DNA of 62,092 nt, filler included, from Porpidia crustulata (GCA_964255105.1; 6 parts of 6 records of this genome joined end to end with filler, not necessarily neighbours in it), one strand, 5' to 3'. Counted from the whole stretch's first letter, positions 36,463-51,030 are shown. Numbers and translations are program-made. The notes: a model not told the origin generated them from the letters alone.

Positions 36463-38044
36463 TCAAAGCATACCGGATCTTCTAGACCTCACATTCAAGT
36501 TTCCGTAGTTTCCTAGTATCACCTCTAGTACCTTCTCCCTTACTCCTCCAACCTTACCCGCAACTCCTAAAATGCCGTTCTCGAATTCCCGTAAAACAGC
36601 TGCAAGTTCCCTAACCTGATCCTCGGCACTTCTCTCACCTCCGTCTCGATTTTTGATGAACATCATTTGTTGCATTTGCTGCACAGTACTCGCTTCTATC
36701 CCTTTCAAATGAGTTTCCACTTCAATGATACGGTTTTTGTAATCATCCAGTGTTTTTGTCATAGCAATTGCTTGCTTCTCAAAATAAGATACTATATCAG
36801 TACTAGCGTTTGCGTCCGCGTCCTCGTCAGATAGTGACGGTCCTAGAGCCTGGGATATCAGTGTTGGATGCCATAAGCCAGACTGATGGAACTGTGGTGG
36901 CACTCTCATGGAATTCAGAGCTTTCATACTCAGTTTCGCGTCGGCTGCATCTGTCTTTGTCAGACCTTTAGCGTAGCTGATTGCGTTTGCATCATTTTCA
37001 AGAGACTGTTGCATTGTGGAAAGAGTCCTAGCACAATAGTCGACATCACTGGGGATACTCATACAGATACGGTCTATTGGTTCATTCGCTGCTTCACATT
37101 GTTCCTGGCAATGGATTTGACCTTGAACAAAATTGTCAACGGTCTCAATCACTTTTTGCAGTTCCTCGTGCAGATCATTAAAGCGCGTTGTCGGTCGTAG
37201 TTCATTAAGGCTTATTCGAACGCCAGGGATCGTTTGTTGTTGCTGGCTGTATTGGCCAATACTGCCTGGGAAAATTGAGGGCGCAGGCTGCTGCTGGGTG
37301 CGGGCTGCATTTGCAGAAGCGAAAGGATTTTGCTGCTTCTGCGCAGATGAAGGACCGCTATGAGTTAAATGAGCTATATACTCCGCTAAGATGTATTACA
37401 GCAAATGGCTATGAGGTACGCTTACAATAATGCTTGATACTTGGTCTGACCGGTAGACGCTCCCAAACTATTGCTGGCCTGTGATTGATTCTGGTCCATT
37501 GAAAACATGCCGCTGCTTTGCTCAGGTTGTTGAATCTGCGCCGATCCAAACAGATTACTCTCCTTTGGCTTATTCGCTAGAGATTCGAAGAGACCTCCGC
37601 TTTGCTGTTGGCTTGGTGGTTGGTTCGTTTGTGATCCGAGGAGACCACCGTCCTGTGCCTGGGAATGAGACACCTGGCCCCCAAAAAGAGTCCCAGCTTG
37701 TTGCTGCTGATTGCTCGTGCTCTGCTGCCCAAATAAACCCCCTTGATTAGATGTCGTATTCCTAAAGCTACTAGTCTGTGGAGGCTGCGATGTCGTGGTA
37801 GAAAAAAGACTAGTGCTGTCCTGCGGTTGTGAAGTAGCTGACGAAGATCCAAAGAGACCACCTGCAGGCTTATCTTGCTGCTGGGTTTGGAACAGTGAAC
37901 TTGTCTGTGTTTTGGGATCGCTCGGAACGCTGCTCTGGTTACCCTTTGAACTCAATTGTATACTGCATTTACTTACGACAATGAATTCGCTGAGTTGGTG
38001 TTGATGCTCAATCCACCAGGCCCACTCTGCGAACGTCCAAACAT
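36463..38044 (-). CDS. NUP49: FG nucleoporin Nup49/Nup58-like
   Basis: MFGRSQSGPGGLSINT start, GLFG/LFG repeats, then QQTIPGVRISLNELRPTTRFNDLHEELQKVIE and a coiled-coil C-terminus. Two introns near 37976-37931 and 37425-37358. Confidence 0.8.
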
Positions 38045-38941
38045 TTCAACTATTGCCGAGGAATGCAACTAATAATTGCTGTCTGCTTCCGCAAAGTAAA
38101 ATAGCTCTAAAAGTATCAACTCATCCCTTCGTTCTTGATGCCTTGTATTCTATTGCCTTAAGATTATGTCTCGAACAGGAGTTTATCAGTTTAGCTCACA
38201 TATTTTCTGCTTTCGCGGCCGTAGATTACCGTAATTTAAGGTAGCTTAGATATAGATGGTACAGTGACAATTGTTCACGACGAAATGATCGGCACCTTTC
38301 ACAGTTCTTATTATTAAACGTATCATTGTTTCAATTGACCGACTCTTGCAAATTTCCAGAACTTGAAATTTTGTGATTTTGCCCAAGAATGTAATGCGTG
38401 ATATATTTCAACGTCCGTTTGTTGTCTCTTTCAATGGTTGTCAAAATTATTTCCTTCTAATACCATTTTCTACTCAAGGACTTCCCATCGTGTAAGCTTT
38501 TGAAAGAGAGAAAGTTCAACAAGGTTTGAGCATGATTCGGACTAGAAAAGTCCAGGAGCACAAGATCCAAGGTATGATCAAACGGTGGGCTTCCTGCCTA
38601 CCGCTATGACCATGTCCACCCTAAATAAAACTTCCTACTGGATCTCTAACTTGCAAAACATTGCATCTACAATATGATCAACTTGATGCCCTGAAGGTTT
38701 TGACCTACGCAGGGCCTTTGTGGGTGTCTATTTCAAAGCCCGGCATTACACTCCAGATACGAAGTGATTTTGGGTATTGTGGAGGTTGATTTTCGATTAT
38801 TCATGTTGTCTCTTATCATAAGCCAACGAGCCATTGGCGAGCCATTTTAACGGCCAAGCGTCATGATAAGCCCCTCTCGGAATGTGCTTGGTCCCAAACG
38901 ATCGCTCGAAGGTGACGGAGGCCCTCCTTCATTACGAGGAG

Positions 38942-38991
38942 CCTCTTCGCTGCGGGAAAGGTAATTCCTCTTCGCTGCGGGAAAGGTAATT
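38942..38991. repeat. Perfect 25-bp tandem duplication
   Basis: cctcttcgctgcgggaaaggtaatt x2. Confidence 0.95.
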
Positions 38992-40738
38992 GTAAAAAAA
39001 GGTCGCATTGCAGAGAGGCAGGCGCTGAGAGTGGCGGCGGAATATTCAGCAACAGACCATATGATGGTAGACGCCGCAGTCCCTAGGCATCATTAGGAAC
39101 CGTGGTGTCTGACTACATGCGGACAGGCGACATCCAGGGTCGGTCAAGGAGATTTTGACAGCTTGGCAATATGGATCAAGCTAAAGATACATACAGCGTA
39201 GCTTTCCCTCGGAAATGAAATCCGCAAACGCTCGAAGGATGAGGCTTACAATCCCCCAAGGAGAAAGATGAAGAGAAATCGCACCTCTTGTCCCTTAGTG
39301 ACTTTCATTTTCCAGGGCTTCGGCATTAGCAGACACGAATTCGCTACATCGATAGCGATATCAAACGAGCTGCAGACCAGTATTTTGGCATCCAGATTTA
39401 TTCGGTGGGAAGGTACTTTTGGATTTCAAAGAGCGGAGAATGGAAGACAGTGCATAGGCACTCCGGTGGAGGCTGAAATGACACTACCGGTAATCCATAA
39501 ATTATAGAGGAAACGCCTCCCAGGAAAGATGCGTGTGGCAAAGAGCGCATCGACAGCTTCACCATAAAAATCGAAAGGGTATACGTGATCTCGTCTCTTA
39601 GAACACCCTACGTTTTCTCAGTAAGTTCCAGGGTGCTTCTACGTCGAGGAGGCGTCTTCTGCACCAGAGCAAAGAACTTCGCGTCTGTGATAGATCTTGC
39701 GTACCATCTAAGGTCTTTTCGAGCCGGGCGCATGTCAATGCCCGTGATTGCTGTCAGAAAATACTATGCTGAGGACAAGATTAGCCACACGTGCCCATCA
39801 AGCTTTCGTCAACCACACTCAGGATACAGTTACTATAGAGCCTAGGACCAGCCAGTCATCCGTCTGCAGTGGCATTCTGTTTCATCTATCGATACAAAAT
39901 CTGTAGTGTAACGCCCGTGTAGGTTATCACCAAGCAAAAGATGGGGGGACCCGTCAACTGAGGATTTTTTGTCTCACTTCCGACCTACTGCGGCGCTTGC
40001 TCCGTGCCGTTCTTCGTCGATGACCTTTCAAGCGTCGCAGTCGTCAATAAGAAGGACGGCGCAATTACTACAGTTGGGGAAGCAGAGGTAGTAGAAGCCG
40101 ACATGAAGGATCCTCTGAAGGAACGAGCGATGATGTGCATCAGAAACTGTTTCCTACGACGACAAACGACGAGACGGTTGGCAACGGCATCGATGGGACC
40201 CGATGCGAACTGTCAATAACGCAGGCTTCTGGCATAGCCAGCTCATATGTAGACGAGACAATGGGTGCTCTTTTGAGACAGGACTGAAAAAATGATTACC
40301 AGGTCGTCGTACGTGCGAGAAAAGTACCTAGGGTGCTAGGCATGTGTCAAGGAGTGGAAAAGATTTAGATATACTATAAAGAAATTGACTATTGTATAAT
40401 TTTCCTGTGGGCTGGATAAATGGCCTATTCCCACGAGTGAATGAACCTGCCGTGTTCATCTGACAATTCAAGTGTTCAGCAAGCATGACTCTGTATCGTA
40501 TGTAGGATTAACGATCGTGAGTTTACAACTACACATGTCCCCACCTCGACGGACAACTAACCTAACAAGGCGGGCAGGCCTATGAGCCCTAACCCTAGGT
40601 ACCAGATCACATTTTGCCGAGGCTAGCCAGATATTGTCGTGTTAGAACGCGGCATCTCCAGGCCTTTCAAACTACTTTCAACTAACAACCCAACGCTAAG
40701 CGCTTGTGCATATCTCAGACTTAATTTCGTAGTCCGCT

Positions 40739-41368
40739 ATGGAGGATGAGGAAGATGATGATATTTACGCCCCAGAGGATGCTGTGGGAAATGGAGATTT
40801 GGATCAGCAAGCTCAAAACCTGGGCCGCTCAATGAAGGATGGGAAGATGGGTGAGGATCTTGAAGAGGGTGAAGAGGAGGGAGAGGAGGTTGAAGAGGAC
40901 GACAGTGACTCGGTAGACTTCAATTGATCTTATAGTCCTTTGCTAGACTCTGATGAATGAGTTATAGGATATAGACATTATTACCGAGCGAAAGGACGAG
41001 CCTAAGACCGAATCAATTCCGTACAACTCTCCATGCACAAAATTGATAAACACTATGCTGACCTTCTCAAAAAAGACAGCCTCAGCGTCTTTCCGTCGTC
41101 AAAGCTACACCTGCAAGAACCTCTACACCGGACTCCACCAAAGCCCCCCGATCCCCAGCAATCAAAGTCGAGCCTCCGCCCAAAACAGCCCCCCTCCGAT
41201 CCGGCTCCTCCTACCCGGCCATCAAATCCTCCCAGATCGACGTCGACGCCAAACCCACCTTCGAACCCAGCGGCAAACCCATCACCGAAATCGACATGGA
41301 CGCCGACCTGAGCGACGACGAAAAACCCTGGCGCCGGCCCGGCACCGACCAAACCGACTACTTCAACT
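40739..41368 (+). CDS. FIP1: Pre-mRNA polyadenylation factor Fip1, 5' part (cut by contig end)
   Basis: Acidic N-terminus, DSDS/DIDIITERKD, then GKPITEIDMDADL..DEKPWRRPGTDQTDYFN (Fip1 motif). Confidence 0.92.
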
Positions 41369-41468
41369 NNNNNNNNNNNNNNNNNNNNNNNNNNNNNNNN
41401 NNNNNNNNNNNNTTAATTAATTAANNNNNNNNNNNNNNNNNNNNNNNNNNNNNNNNNNNNNNNNNNNN
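41369..41468. other. Artificial contig spacer
   Basis: N44-TTAATTAATTAA-N44. Confidence 0.99.
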
Positions 41469-42145
41469 CTGTCCCCCCGCTCGACTTTCCCCCGCGCCAC
41501 CGCCGCCTTCTCAACTTTTACCTCTCGCGCGGCAACCCCAGCGGGGCCACCTCCACAAGGATTTCGCCTCCCACGGAAGGAGCGATGGGACGAAAGCAAA
41601 GAGTCGTCTCTGGACAAAGCCGGCAAATACTTCCTCCTGACCGAAATGATGCGAGGGATGTATGTTGTACTCGAGCAATTCTTCCGCCCTCCGTAAGTCC
41701 ATGCTGTCCTGCTGTACAGAGACCCGTCAATCCCTTACACCCGACAAGCTACACGATATACTACCCCTTCGAAAAAGGCCCCATCTCCCCACGCTTCCGC
41801 GGCGAGCACGCCCTCCGCCGCTACCCCACCGGCGAGGAACGATGCATCGCCTGCAAGCTCTGCGAAGCCATCTGCCCCGCCTCCGCCATCACCATCGAAG
41901 CCGAAGAGCGCGAGGACGGCTCGCGCCGCACCACGCGGTACGACATCGACATGACCAAATGCATCTACTGCGGCTTCTGCCAGGAAAGCTGTCCGGTGGA
42001 CGCGATTGTGGAGAGCCCGAACGCCGAGTATGCAACTGAGACGAGGGAAGAGTTGCTGTACAATAAAGAGAAGCTGCTGGCGAACGGGGATAAGTGGGAG
42101 CCGGAGTTGGCGGCGGCCGCGCGGGCGGATGCGCCCTATCGATGA
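41469..42145 (+). CDS. NDUFS8: Complex I 23-kDa Fe-S subunit (TYKY/NuoI), 5'-truncated
   Basis: [43 protein letters not shown]...[18 protein letters not shown] (two 4Fe-4S motifs); intron 41693-41748. Confidence 0.97.
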
Positions 42146-42901
42146 TAGGGATTGGGGAGATAACGCCATGGTGGTTTGTGCATATGGGATTGATGGCGTT
42201 TGGCATTTGTGACCCATACCGAGAGGTTGTCATAAGAAAATGGAAGGTATTATAGCATTGCGCTTCAGCATCTAAATCATCTTTCAGCAATTGTCCCATC
42301 TTGTCAGCCTCTTACACTCAACGCACGTGGATATGATTTCTAAGTTCACTTCGTTCAGGAGACTCCCATCGGACAATGGATTCAAGTGCAGATCTTTATG
42401 TCTGAGTTCTACAATCTCAAAGCGCTATCTAAGAAGGCCAGCCAACAGCCTCGAGCTCTACTACCCGATACTCGTAGAATTAGATTTTTCCATTTCGGGT
42501 ATATCAATCATCACAAATATTCCCTCCAGCCTACTCGTTTCCACCAGCACTCATCTCTTCCTTCACCACCTGCTCCTCATCTTCTACCGCCCCAATCTTC
42601 ACCTTTCAACTCCTATTGAGCACCCAGTACAGGATGTATAAGATGATCTATGTTGCAGGCGCCATGATGCGGTCAAAAGAAAAACACCACACCCAATGCT
42701 ATGCTAAATCCGCAAAACACTGAAGCGGCTGTCGTTGCGGCTCAGGGTGATAGGGGCGTCGAGACAAGGCTGGACATCTCAACCGCAGCAAGTAGGCATA
42801 TATCGGTATCCCACCAGAATGCCGTGCGGTGGAAACTGCCTTCGGCGAAGATGAGGCACTCCCGGATCCTGTGCGGCGAGATGGGGGTCATTCTTGATTC
42901 A

Positions 42902-45900
42902 TCACCAGCTGTCTCCTCGGACTGACGAATAGTGATCCCAAGCATTACGACTGCCTGTATGATCTGTACTAGCTCTGTTTATTTTTAAGTCGTTGTAGGA
43001 GTGGTGTCGTTCATCCGTAGGACCTTGCATCCGCTCAACAGGCTTGACAGGCCTTTCTTTGATTGCATCAATAGTACTGACCCGGCTCGCAGGACGGTCG
43101 ATGTCAGCATCTTCCATTGCGATATCTTCAGTCTCCAAGAGCGTTTCATTAGTGTTGGTTTTAATGTACGTGTCCTGAATTTCGGGTTCTTCGACGGTTT
43201 CTCTACAAACAGGGTTAACTAGTCGATCCTTTAGTTCATCCTTGACGTAAACCACAAAGTAAGAAGTGGCCGGTCGATCTGTGAGTTCTTGTTGAAATAT
43301 TTCATTGGTGTCCTTCACTTCCTCGACATATTCGTCGTTGTACTTGCGCCAAATATCTGTCTCAAAATCACGAATATAGATCCAATAATGCCCAGACTGT
43401 ACGAATCCACGATGGATAAAGACTGACTGCAAGCGGTACGGAATATTGCGCAAGTCGTTAAATTGGCTGTTGATACTGGTCGTGAGAGTCTTAATGTGTT
43501 GATCAATGGACTTGACTTCTTCCTTAGCTTCGTTGCTAGCTGTCGTGATATCTTGAATTAGGGTGGGTGAAACCTTGATAGCATCAGATTCCATGGAAGC
43601 AGTGGCAACGTCGACCGAGGCTAGTTGCTCTAAGTATCCAGTGGAATATGCAAGAATTTCAGGAACAGTCGCTTTCCAATGACTCATAGCAAGCCGAGAC
43701 TTCCGATTTTCTAATTCATTGAGACGCTTCTTCCAATCCCAACATTCATGGCGCCTCTGCTTCAGATCAGGATCATCAGAATCCATGTATCTGTCCATGT
43801 ATATGGTCTCCTTCAATTTCAGGTGGTGGTTGGACTTGTATGGCGTTTTGGTTCTAGGATCAAATTGTACCCTCTGAACCAAAACTTGTAGTATTGGAGG
43901 AAGTTGGCTAATTGTGGTATATTGGGGTTCGTATCCCCCACCAACTTCGACTTCTTGTACGTCATATGCACCGTCTAAAGCAGCGTAGATATCACGGGGG
44001 CCAGACTCTACATCTACCTTGATGTCCGACATGAATTCCTCTTTAGTTCTAGTAGACCCCTTTACATCTGTAGTGTACGATTTCTGCTTCCCAAAGAATA
44101 GCTCTTTTATCCTGTCAATCTGCTCTCCAGATTCGTCGACAGAGTCTGGCCTGATGGCGCATTGTAATTGAAACAACACGTTGGCGATAACCTCAGTGAC
44201 ATCCTGCTGCGCACCATAGCTTATCTCCTCTTGTAGCACCTTCTGATCCTCCGATTTGGGCCGAGGGGGAAAGGGTGGCGGTCTGCTCGGTGGACTAGTA
44301 GCGTTTCTTATTTCTGTCTCCCCTTGATCTTGATACAACTCCTTGATCGGGCTCAATGGTCGTGGCTGCTCGTTGGTACGCGAAGGTGATGTATCTCCAA
44401 GGGGTGTAAGAAGTTTTTCCGGTGTAGACACGCGCTCGACCAGGGACTTTGTTGGCGGCAGGTTCTCCTTGTCCTCGAGGAGTCTTTGCTGCACCTTGTC
44501 ATTATCGTTGTCCGTCATCACAGCATCGGTGTCCCGAGGATCTGAAACATCGACCAGAGTATTTTCGCTTGAGCTGTCCTGTTCGATAGTTTCCATAACC
44601 GTATCTGCATTGTTGAATGTATTCTCTTCAATTGCTTTATCTATATTAGCGGATTCACGCGTCGTAATTCGATCCGTTTCTATGTCATGTTGCTTGGGGA
44701 GGGACTGTGGCGGTAATTCAGGCCCGATGACTGGTTGACCGTTGATCTCTCCTAGGGACGGACGGTGAGCACTAAGGACTGATTTTCGGCGGAAACTTTC
44801 TTCGTTGGTAGAACTGATCAGGGTGAGACGAGCTAGCTCTTGCTCAGGCGTAACTTGATCTTTTGGTGCAGTGATCATGTTCTTGAATAGCTTCTGAAGC
44901 TCGTACACAACTGCAAGCGATTAGCATACGCCCTGAGATGGAATGGGAACTATACTGACATCGTTGCGCACGCAGAACCTCCTTCAGTGAAACATTTCTG
45001 GATCCCACTCTTTTACCAGCCAGGCTCTCGGCACCGATGGACATCTTGTAGTGCTCAAAGTCCAAAACTAGGTCACGAAGAGGCGCCACTGTAAAATAAA
45101 ATTGCAACAGGCTGTTAAGGTAGCATGTGTTGCCAATATTTTTCAGTCCTACTGGCCATTCGGAAAGCGGATGGTCTATATTAATTTTACCAGTATTCAA
45201 GAAACCTTGTAATAGCCTGGACTCTTTAGATTTCGCTATCGCCGCAAGAGCTCTCTTCAGATCATCAATTTGAGATGGTGTATCTGTGGCAAGATAGTTG
45301 TAGGCTGCGAGAATGGTCTCATCATCAATAGTCCGATCGCTGATACCGAGACGATTATAAGCGTAACCAACGTCCATCTCCGACTCCCCCAGGATACCAG
45401 TATCTATCCACCTTTTCAAGGCGGTACTGTCTCGATGCTCCGCAATCAAAGACATAGCTTGCCGAGCGATCGACTCATCTGATGGTTTCTCGCCAACCTT
45501 GACACTGTACATCGATACCAGAAATCCCTCATCCATGTCTTCTGTAGCACCAAGCCATAACAAAGCTTGCTCGTAATTCGTGATCACCTTAGATGCAATA
45601 AATTGAATCTTCTCACTCCCTCGGTTACGGCCAATGATCTGAAGAGCCCTGCGTAATTCTGACTCTTGCCTTGGAGCATCTGAAACTCTGGACTGGAAAG
45701 TACCAATGACGGTCTCATCATCCAGCAAGTCAAAATTGAAGTCTAGTCCTAGATCTTTATATGCGTTCCTCACATCTTTGAGACTGATCTTATCTGACGA
45801 GGCTTCGATTGCTGCATGGGTTTGCAGATCCTCGCTTTTCCGACCTTCCCCAAGTCCTTGTAGACATTCCAGGTAATAAGGCGTATTCTTCTGGTCAACA

Positions 45901-47006
45901 TCAATTTGTCGTTTGTAGGCAAAGATGATCAGCTCGTCGTGAAAGTCGACTGTCGCCCCCAGACTAGCGTAAAAGGGATGTTCTTCGAAGGTTAAATCTA
46001 CAGTGCGCGACGACGACACTGTTGGGTATTCAAGACACCCCAGTGCGCCCCTCAACTCCGGTGTTGCAGATGCAGATATATGAACGACTCTTCCCACCCG
46101 TTCTTGGTCCGGTCGTTTCGAAAGCAGAACAACCAGCTCCTTCTCCACATCGTTCAAGAGAACATTGAGTGGATTCGTGAAAGGAGTCTTTGCCCCTGGC
46201 TCGGGGCGAGGTGGCTTCCAGTCGAGATCTTCTCGTGTAAATCCAAGATACTCGAGCAGGGCCGTGCAAGGTTCACCAAGACAGAGGCGCCATTTCTTAT
46301 TATTGCCGAGAATTGTTCGCCCCTCGCTGATTGCCATGGCATTGACAATATACGTCCTCAGGTTAGAAAGGACTTCTGTGGGAGTAGGTATCGCGATACC
46401 TTCGTAGCGCCCTGGTTCTTCTGAGATTGCCTTTTCGGCGCGTATTTTGATTATTTCCGTGGAAGTGAGTAAATCGACCCATTCAGGAAGTAATCTACAA
46501 GGCTTAATTCGAATGGAGAGTTGAGCCGAACATTGAGGTGAAGAGCACTGGAACTGTTGCGAATCAATCCAGTTGCTGCCAGGCTTGGCGTAAGTACCAT
46601 TGGGTGCTATTTGGGCCTGCGTTGAGAGGCCAGGTACGTGGACGAAATGATGGAGAGGCCATGTCTCATTTGGACAAGGCTTCGAATCCTGTCCTTCTGC
46701 GCGAAGGTCTATCGATAGCTCAAGATGAGACCTGCAGAAGGTACAATAGGCTGCAACCACGTAATTCGATGTTAACTGCCGCCTGTCCCAGCTATCAGGC
46801 AGAAAGCATTGCTCATCCTTCAGTATCCACCCATGGTGACAACTCCCTTTAGCCACACGCGCTGGGGGGATCTTATTATCTTCAAACGGTATTGGAAGCT
46901 CTGTCAGGATGTTATAGCCTGTAGGTGGTAGCCGGCGAGGGTCGTACGAATTGAGGTCTTGCAATATTCGTGGCGCGGTCTTGCCTCCCTTGAGTTGAGC
47001 CCTCAT
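42902..47006 (-). CDS. UBP2: Ubiquitin C-terminal hydrolase Ubp2 (USP family)
   Basis: GKTAPRILQDL start, repeated AYxxLG helical units, Cys box PVGLKNIGNTCYLNSLLQ, QQDVTE, His box VFIHRGFVQSGHYWIYI...WRKYND. Intron 44959-44911 joins the two long ORFs. Confidence 0.93.
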
Positions 47007-48098
47007 ATCTGTTCCAAGGGCCCTTGGCAATCTTGCATCGTTATGCACAAAAAGAGGCTATCCGGCTGAGACTTCATACGCAAGCAAAAAAGCGAGATCC
47101 AAGAACTCTTCTCATCGACACTTGATAATGTGAACCCGTGTGGGAATCTTCCTTCGTAATTTATAGGCTGCGTACACAATCACTCTATATTTTCACAGTA
47201 CATGGAACGCTTCTCAGCGTCTCCAATCAGACCTCTGGATCCTCCTAGCTCTCTGAAAACATATTGTCAAGCCAGACCGGGTACTGATACCAAATATTGC
47301 TACTCTTTATACACGCACTTGCTGAACTCGAATGGCAAAAAGCCAGTAGTAGAAGCCACCGCCGTCGATAGCTACTTCTTCTCGATGCAGTACTAGGATG
47401 AAGAACACTATAGCATTCACTGCCAAAGTCCAAGAGATTTAGTCGGTCGAATTTTCTTCTTGTGTGTTTCCCAGAAAATCTTTCAGACGAGGAGCTTGTC
47501 GTAACGATCGACTGGAAGGATTTGTTTAGGATGAAGGCGGCCAGTGTGATGTGGGAGAAAGTATTTACGTTAAATACTATCAGGAACTTATATTAGCATG
47601 GCCACGTCTACAGCAACAAACACAGCATTTAGTCTGCAGTCCTACCACTTTGCAGGGCACAATGAACGGGTACATGTATTCAGATTATGTAAGGACGACA
47701 TGGAAGCACAGACCTATTAAAGGCTGGCTCTTCACATACTGCTCATGCTGGGCATTAGGTTCAGGCAAGTTGGATGCTCGCTGCAAAGGTACCTTAGATA
47801 GCTTGACGCTGGATATGGATACCAGTCATTCATGTGTATTGTAGAAATGGACCATGAACTTATTGGAGCATGCCGACCTACTCTAGATACTTCTATCGTA
47901 CATACATCAGGTGTCAAACTCAACTGTTCATCCAGACCAAGATTAGATAAATATTAAGCATTGCTAAAGCGCGTCGAGCTCCGCTGCGCTAGTGTGAACC
48001 CATCCCGCTAGGCAGTTCCATGACCCCGAAGCACATCATTCGATGTTCACCCGTGAGCGACTATTCAAGCTGCTTCTGTGGGTGGACAACCCTTCGCC

Positions 48099-48858
48099 AT
48101 GTCTGATGTTGTTCCTCCAGAGCGGGAAGAGAATGCCGTGTACCAGCCTAAGGATGCTGTCAGCGCTTCCATAAGAGCAACGTTGATCACTGGAGGAGCT
48201 GGAGCTTTGATCTCGGCAGTACAGAATACCCTCAAGAAGCAAAATGTCTCAGCATGGGGAGTTTTCACAAGGACAGGAGGGACGATTGCGGTCCTTGGTA
48301 TGACCTACTGGTGTTCCCTTTGCTTTTGAGCGCCAACAGTAATGACCACTGCAGCTGCGATGGGCGGTACTTTCGAGTTTACTAGAATTGCGTCGGCGAA
48401 TTTACGCGAGAAGAATGATAGCTGGAACCCAGCCATTGGAGGCTTCCTAGCGGGAGCAGTACTTGGTCTCAGATGTTAGCTTGTGCGCTTTATGAATGGG
48501 CATGTTTACTGATGAAAGAACAGCTCGAACATTCCCTGCGGTGCTGGGACTGGGTGCGGCTGTGGCAGTGCTACAAGGAGTCTTTGACTACACAGGGGGT
48601 CAATTGACTGGGTACAAGAAGGATGCTACTGTTGATGAGTATGAGCGAAAGGAGCAATTGAGGAAGGATAGGAGGCGGCCGTTTCAGGAGACTCTGGATG
48701 AGATTGGAGAAGGGCGAGGTACTTTAAAAACTCAGATCTTGTCAAAGCTTGTAGCTAACAGGTGTCTAGGTATATACGGTCCGGGCTATGCTGAAAGACG
48801 GCGACAGAGGATTAAGGAGAGATACGGAGTTGATGTTCCCATTGACCCGCCGTCGTAG
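48099..48858 (+). CDS. NDUFA11: Complex I 21.3-kDa subunit (B14.7, Tim17 family)
   Basis: YQPKDAV...SAVQNTLKKQNVSAWGVFTRTGG; SANLREKNDSWNPAIGGFLAG; VFDYTGG; GEGRGIYGPGYAERRRQRIKERYG. Three introns. Confidence 0.9.
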
Positions 48859-49340
48859 CAAGCATTAGAAGGCGTAAGAGGTTCTATTTAGGCAGATCTC
48901 GAGTTCGGATCCTAAGAATCTTATGCAGTAGATCGTTATACACCTGTGATCAACGTCTTACTGAACATTTGAATGTAATAATGAGGATATGGTCCTTTAC
49001 GAAAGCCGTCCGTGGCAGCCACAGACTAACACCTTACAACCTCCCCGCTTCCTCAATCAACGCCTCGTCATCCCATTATCCAAGAGACCGCGGAGTAACC
49101 TCTACACTGAGCACCAATAAGATGTCTTCTTGAGCTGTCTCAGCAGACGGTGTGTTTGATCCAGCTACGAATGATAGTAGCAAATAATATCTAGAATTGT
49201 TCTTCCCTTTCTACGAACTTCATCTACCATTACTGAAGTCGTAACTGCGTTGTTAATTCAGACCACAAGCTGAAACTTGCTCCCAAATTTTCCATCTTCA
49301 GTCAGAGACCTGCAAACTTTTACCTTTTTTTCTTGTGACC

Positions 49341-50566
49341 ATGTTTTCTTTAGATACTGCATCAAGCAGTGAAAGTAATGGCAAAACCACTTTCTACAGT
49401 GATTTCCAGCGGCAAGCCGCAGGTTTGCGTCCAAGCGCAATGAACCACCTATTCAGTTCAACCTAGCTGACAAGGAATATTCATAGCATTAAGTGAACAG
49501 ATCGATCAGCTGAAAAGCCTCAGAGCTACTGATGCAGATCAACGTGCCGCTGTAGACAGGTGCCTAGCCGGCATTTCGGACCTCTCCATCCAGACCAAGA
49601 ACGTATCGGGCCAAATACCAACCCATGACCAGCGCACGTATTCCGAGGTATTTGTCTATATCGTTTTTCCTACGCGATGCTGATGCGAAACCTTTGGACT
49701 AGGCTATCAAGGCCCTAAGCGACAAACTTCAAAGTATCCGGTCGGCCTTTGCTCCAAAGAAAAAATTCGCATTCAAAAACACTCCCACTGCTACCTCTTC
49801 AAGCTCCACCAATGATCCTTCTCGAAGCGCTGCGGCTCCCTCGGAGAACCCCGTTGCAAGCTCGCAATTCTCAGCTCCACTGCCGGTCACAACTTCCGCC
49901 CACCCAGTCGCTATCGCTCGCCGTGCCAACATCCATCGTGTCCTGCCCCTTTACGCCCTAAAACCCAGCTCATCCGCCTCCATAATCAACATCCACCACT
50001 GCATTATTGACCTCTCCACATCGACGTTTAGCGCTCTGCCTTTTGCCAGCCTCACAATCAAGGGTGTGACAGAAAGCTTACTGATCTGCGGCTCCATAGA
50101 CGGTGCCGCGCACATCACAGGTGCAGAAAGATGTGTTCTTGTTGTCTCAAGTCGACAAGTCCGCATGCATGAGTGCCAAAATTGCACAATTTATCTCAGG
50201 TGTAGCAGCAGGTCAATTATTGAGGATTGTACGGGAATGAGATTTGCGCCATTGCCCGAGATTTATGTAAGCTACATGTCACGCATGACGACATGTTTCT
50301 TTATTCGTTATTCACCCTTTATGGGGAGATAAATGCTGACCCGATTTCTCCATTCTCCGCAGGACGTCCCGACCTCCGACCAACCCGTGCACGAAAACAA
50401 TTGGGACCAAATCGACGACTTCAAATGGTTAAAAGCCGAGCACAGTCCTAATTGGAGTATCTTAGACGCTCAAGAAGCCGTGCCAAAAGCGACGTGGCAG
50501 GATGTTCGTTCAGGGAACACGGGGCGAAAATTAGATGATCTCTTGAAGTCTACGAAGGTGGTCTGA
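49341..50566 (+). CDS. TBCC: Tubulin-specific chaperone C (TBCC/Cin2)
   Basis: IPTHDQRTYSE, APKKKFAFK, SLLICGSIDGAAHITG...SRQVRMHECQNCTIYLRCSSRSIIEDC, NNWDQIDDFKWLKAEHSPNW; spliced. Confidence 0.9.
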
Positions 50567-51030
50567 AACCGTGTATGGTGGGGGTCTGGATGGATTAGCT
50601 CAGATCCCATGTGTATAAGTAGGCGAGAGATCAGTGTTAGCTGATCAAATTGGATTTGGTATGGAGTACCCTTTTCGGGAGAGGTTGAGATATGTTGGAG
50701 AAAGTCGAATGGTACATGTATTGGATAATCCTTCACTGAAATTCTGGGCATGATACATAGACTACTATAAGAAGAAAGACTGTGGGATTGACCATAAAGG
50801 AGAGATTTTTATTAGTGAAATTGTTGAGCTGTGTGGCTATTCGGATGATAAAGCGACGGAAGGAATTCCGCCGATTGAACTTGGGTTAACATCACACATT
50901 GCCTTGGGACTTGTTTCATAAGACCATAAAGCGTTATGGAGACTCTAGCTCAACTTCTTACCTGATTGAAATTGCAAACTGGACTGTACAATGCAAAGTC
51001 TCTTCATTAAATCAAGCTTCGCTGTCTGAT

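Noticed and set aside
40586..40597. ccctaaccctag telomere-like word upstream of FIP1
   Set aside because: Only about two units with no TIRs; such short words are common and it is neither a telomere nor a MITE.
44844..44959. Overlap of the two UBP2 ORFs suggesting a programmed frameshift
   Set aside because: Explained by a canonical intron at 44959-44911 (GTCAGT...GCTAAT...CAG).
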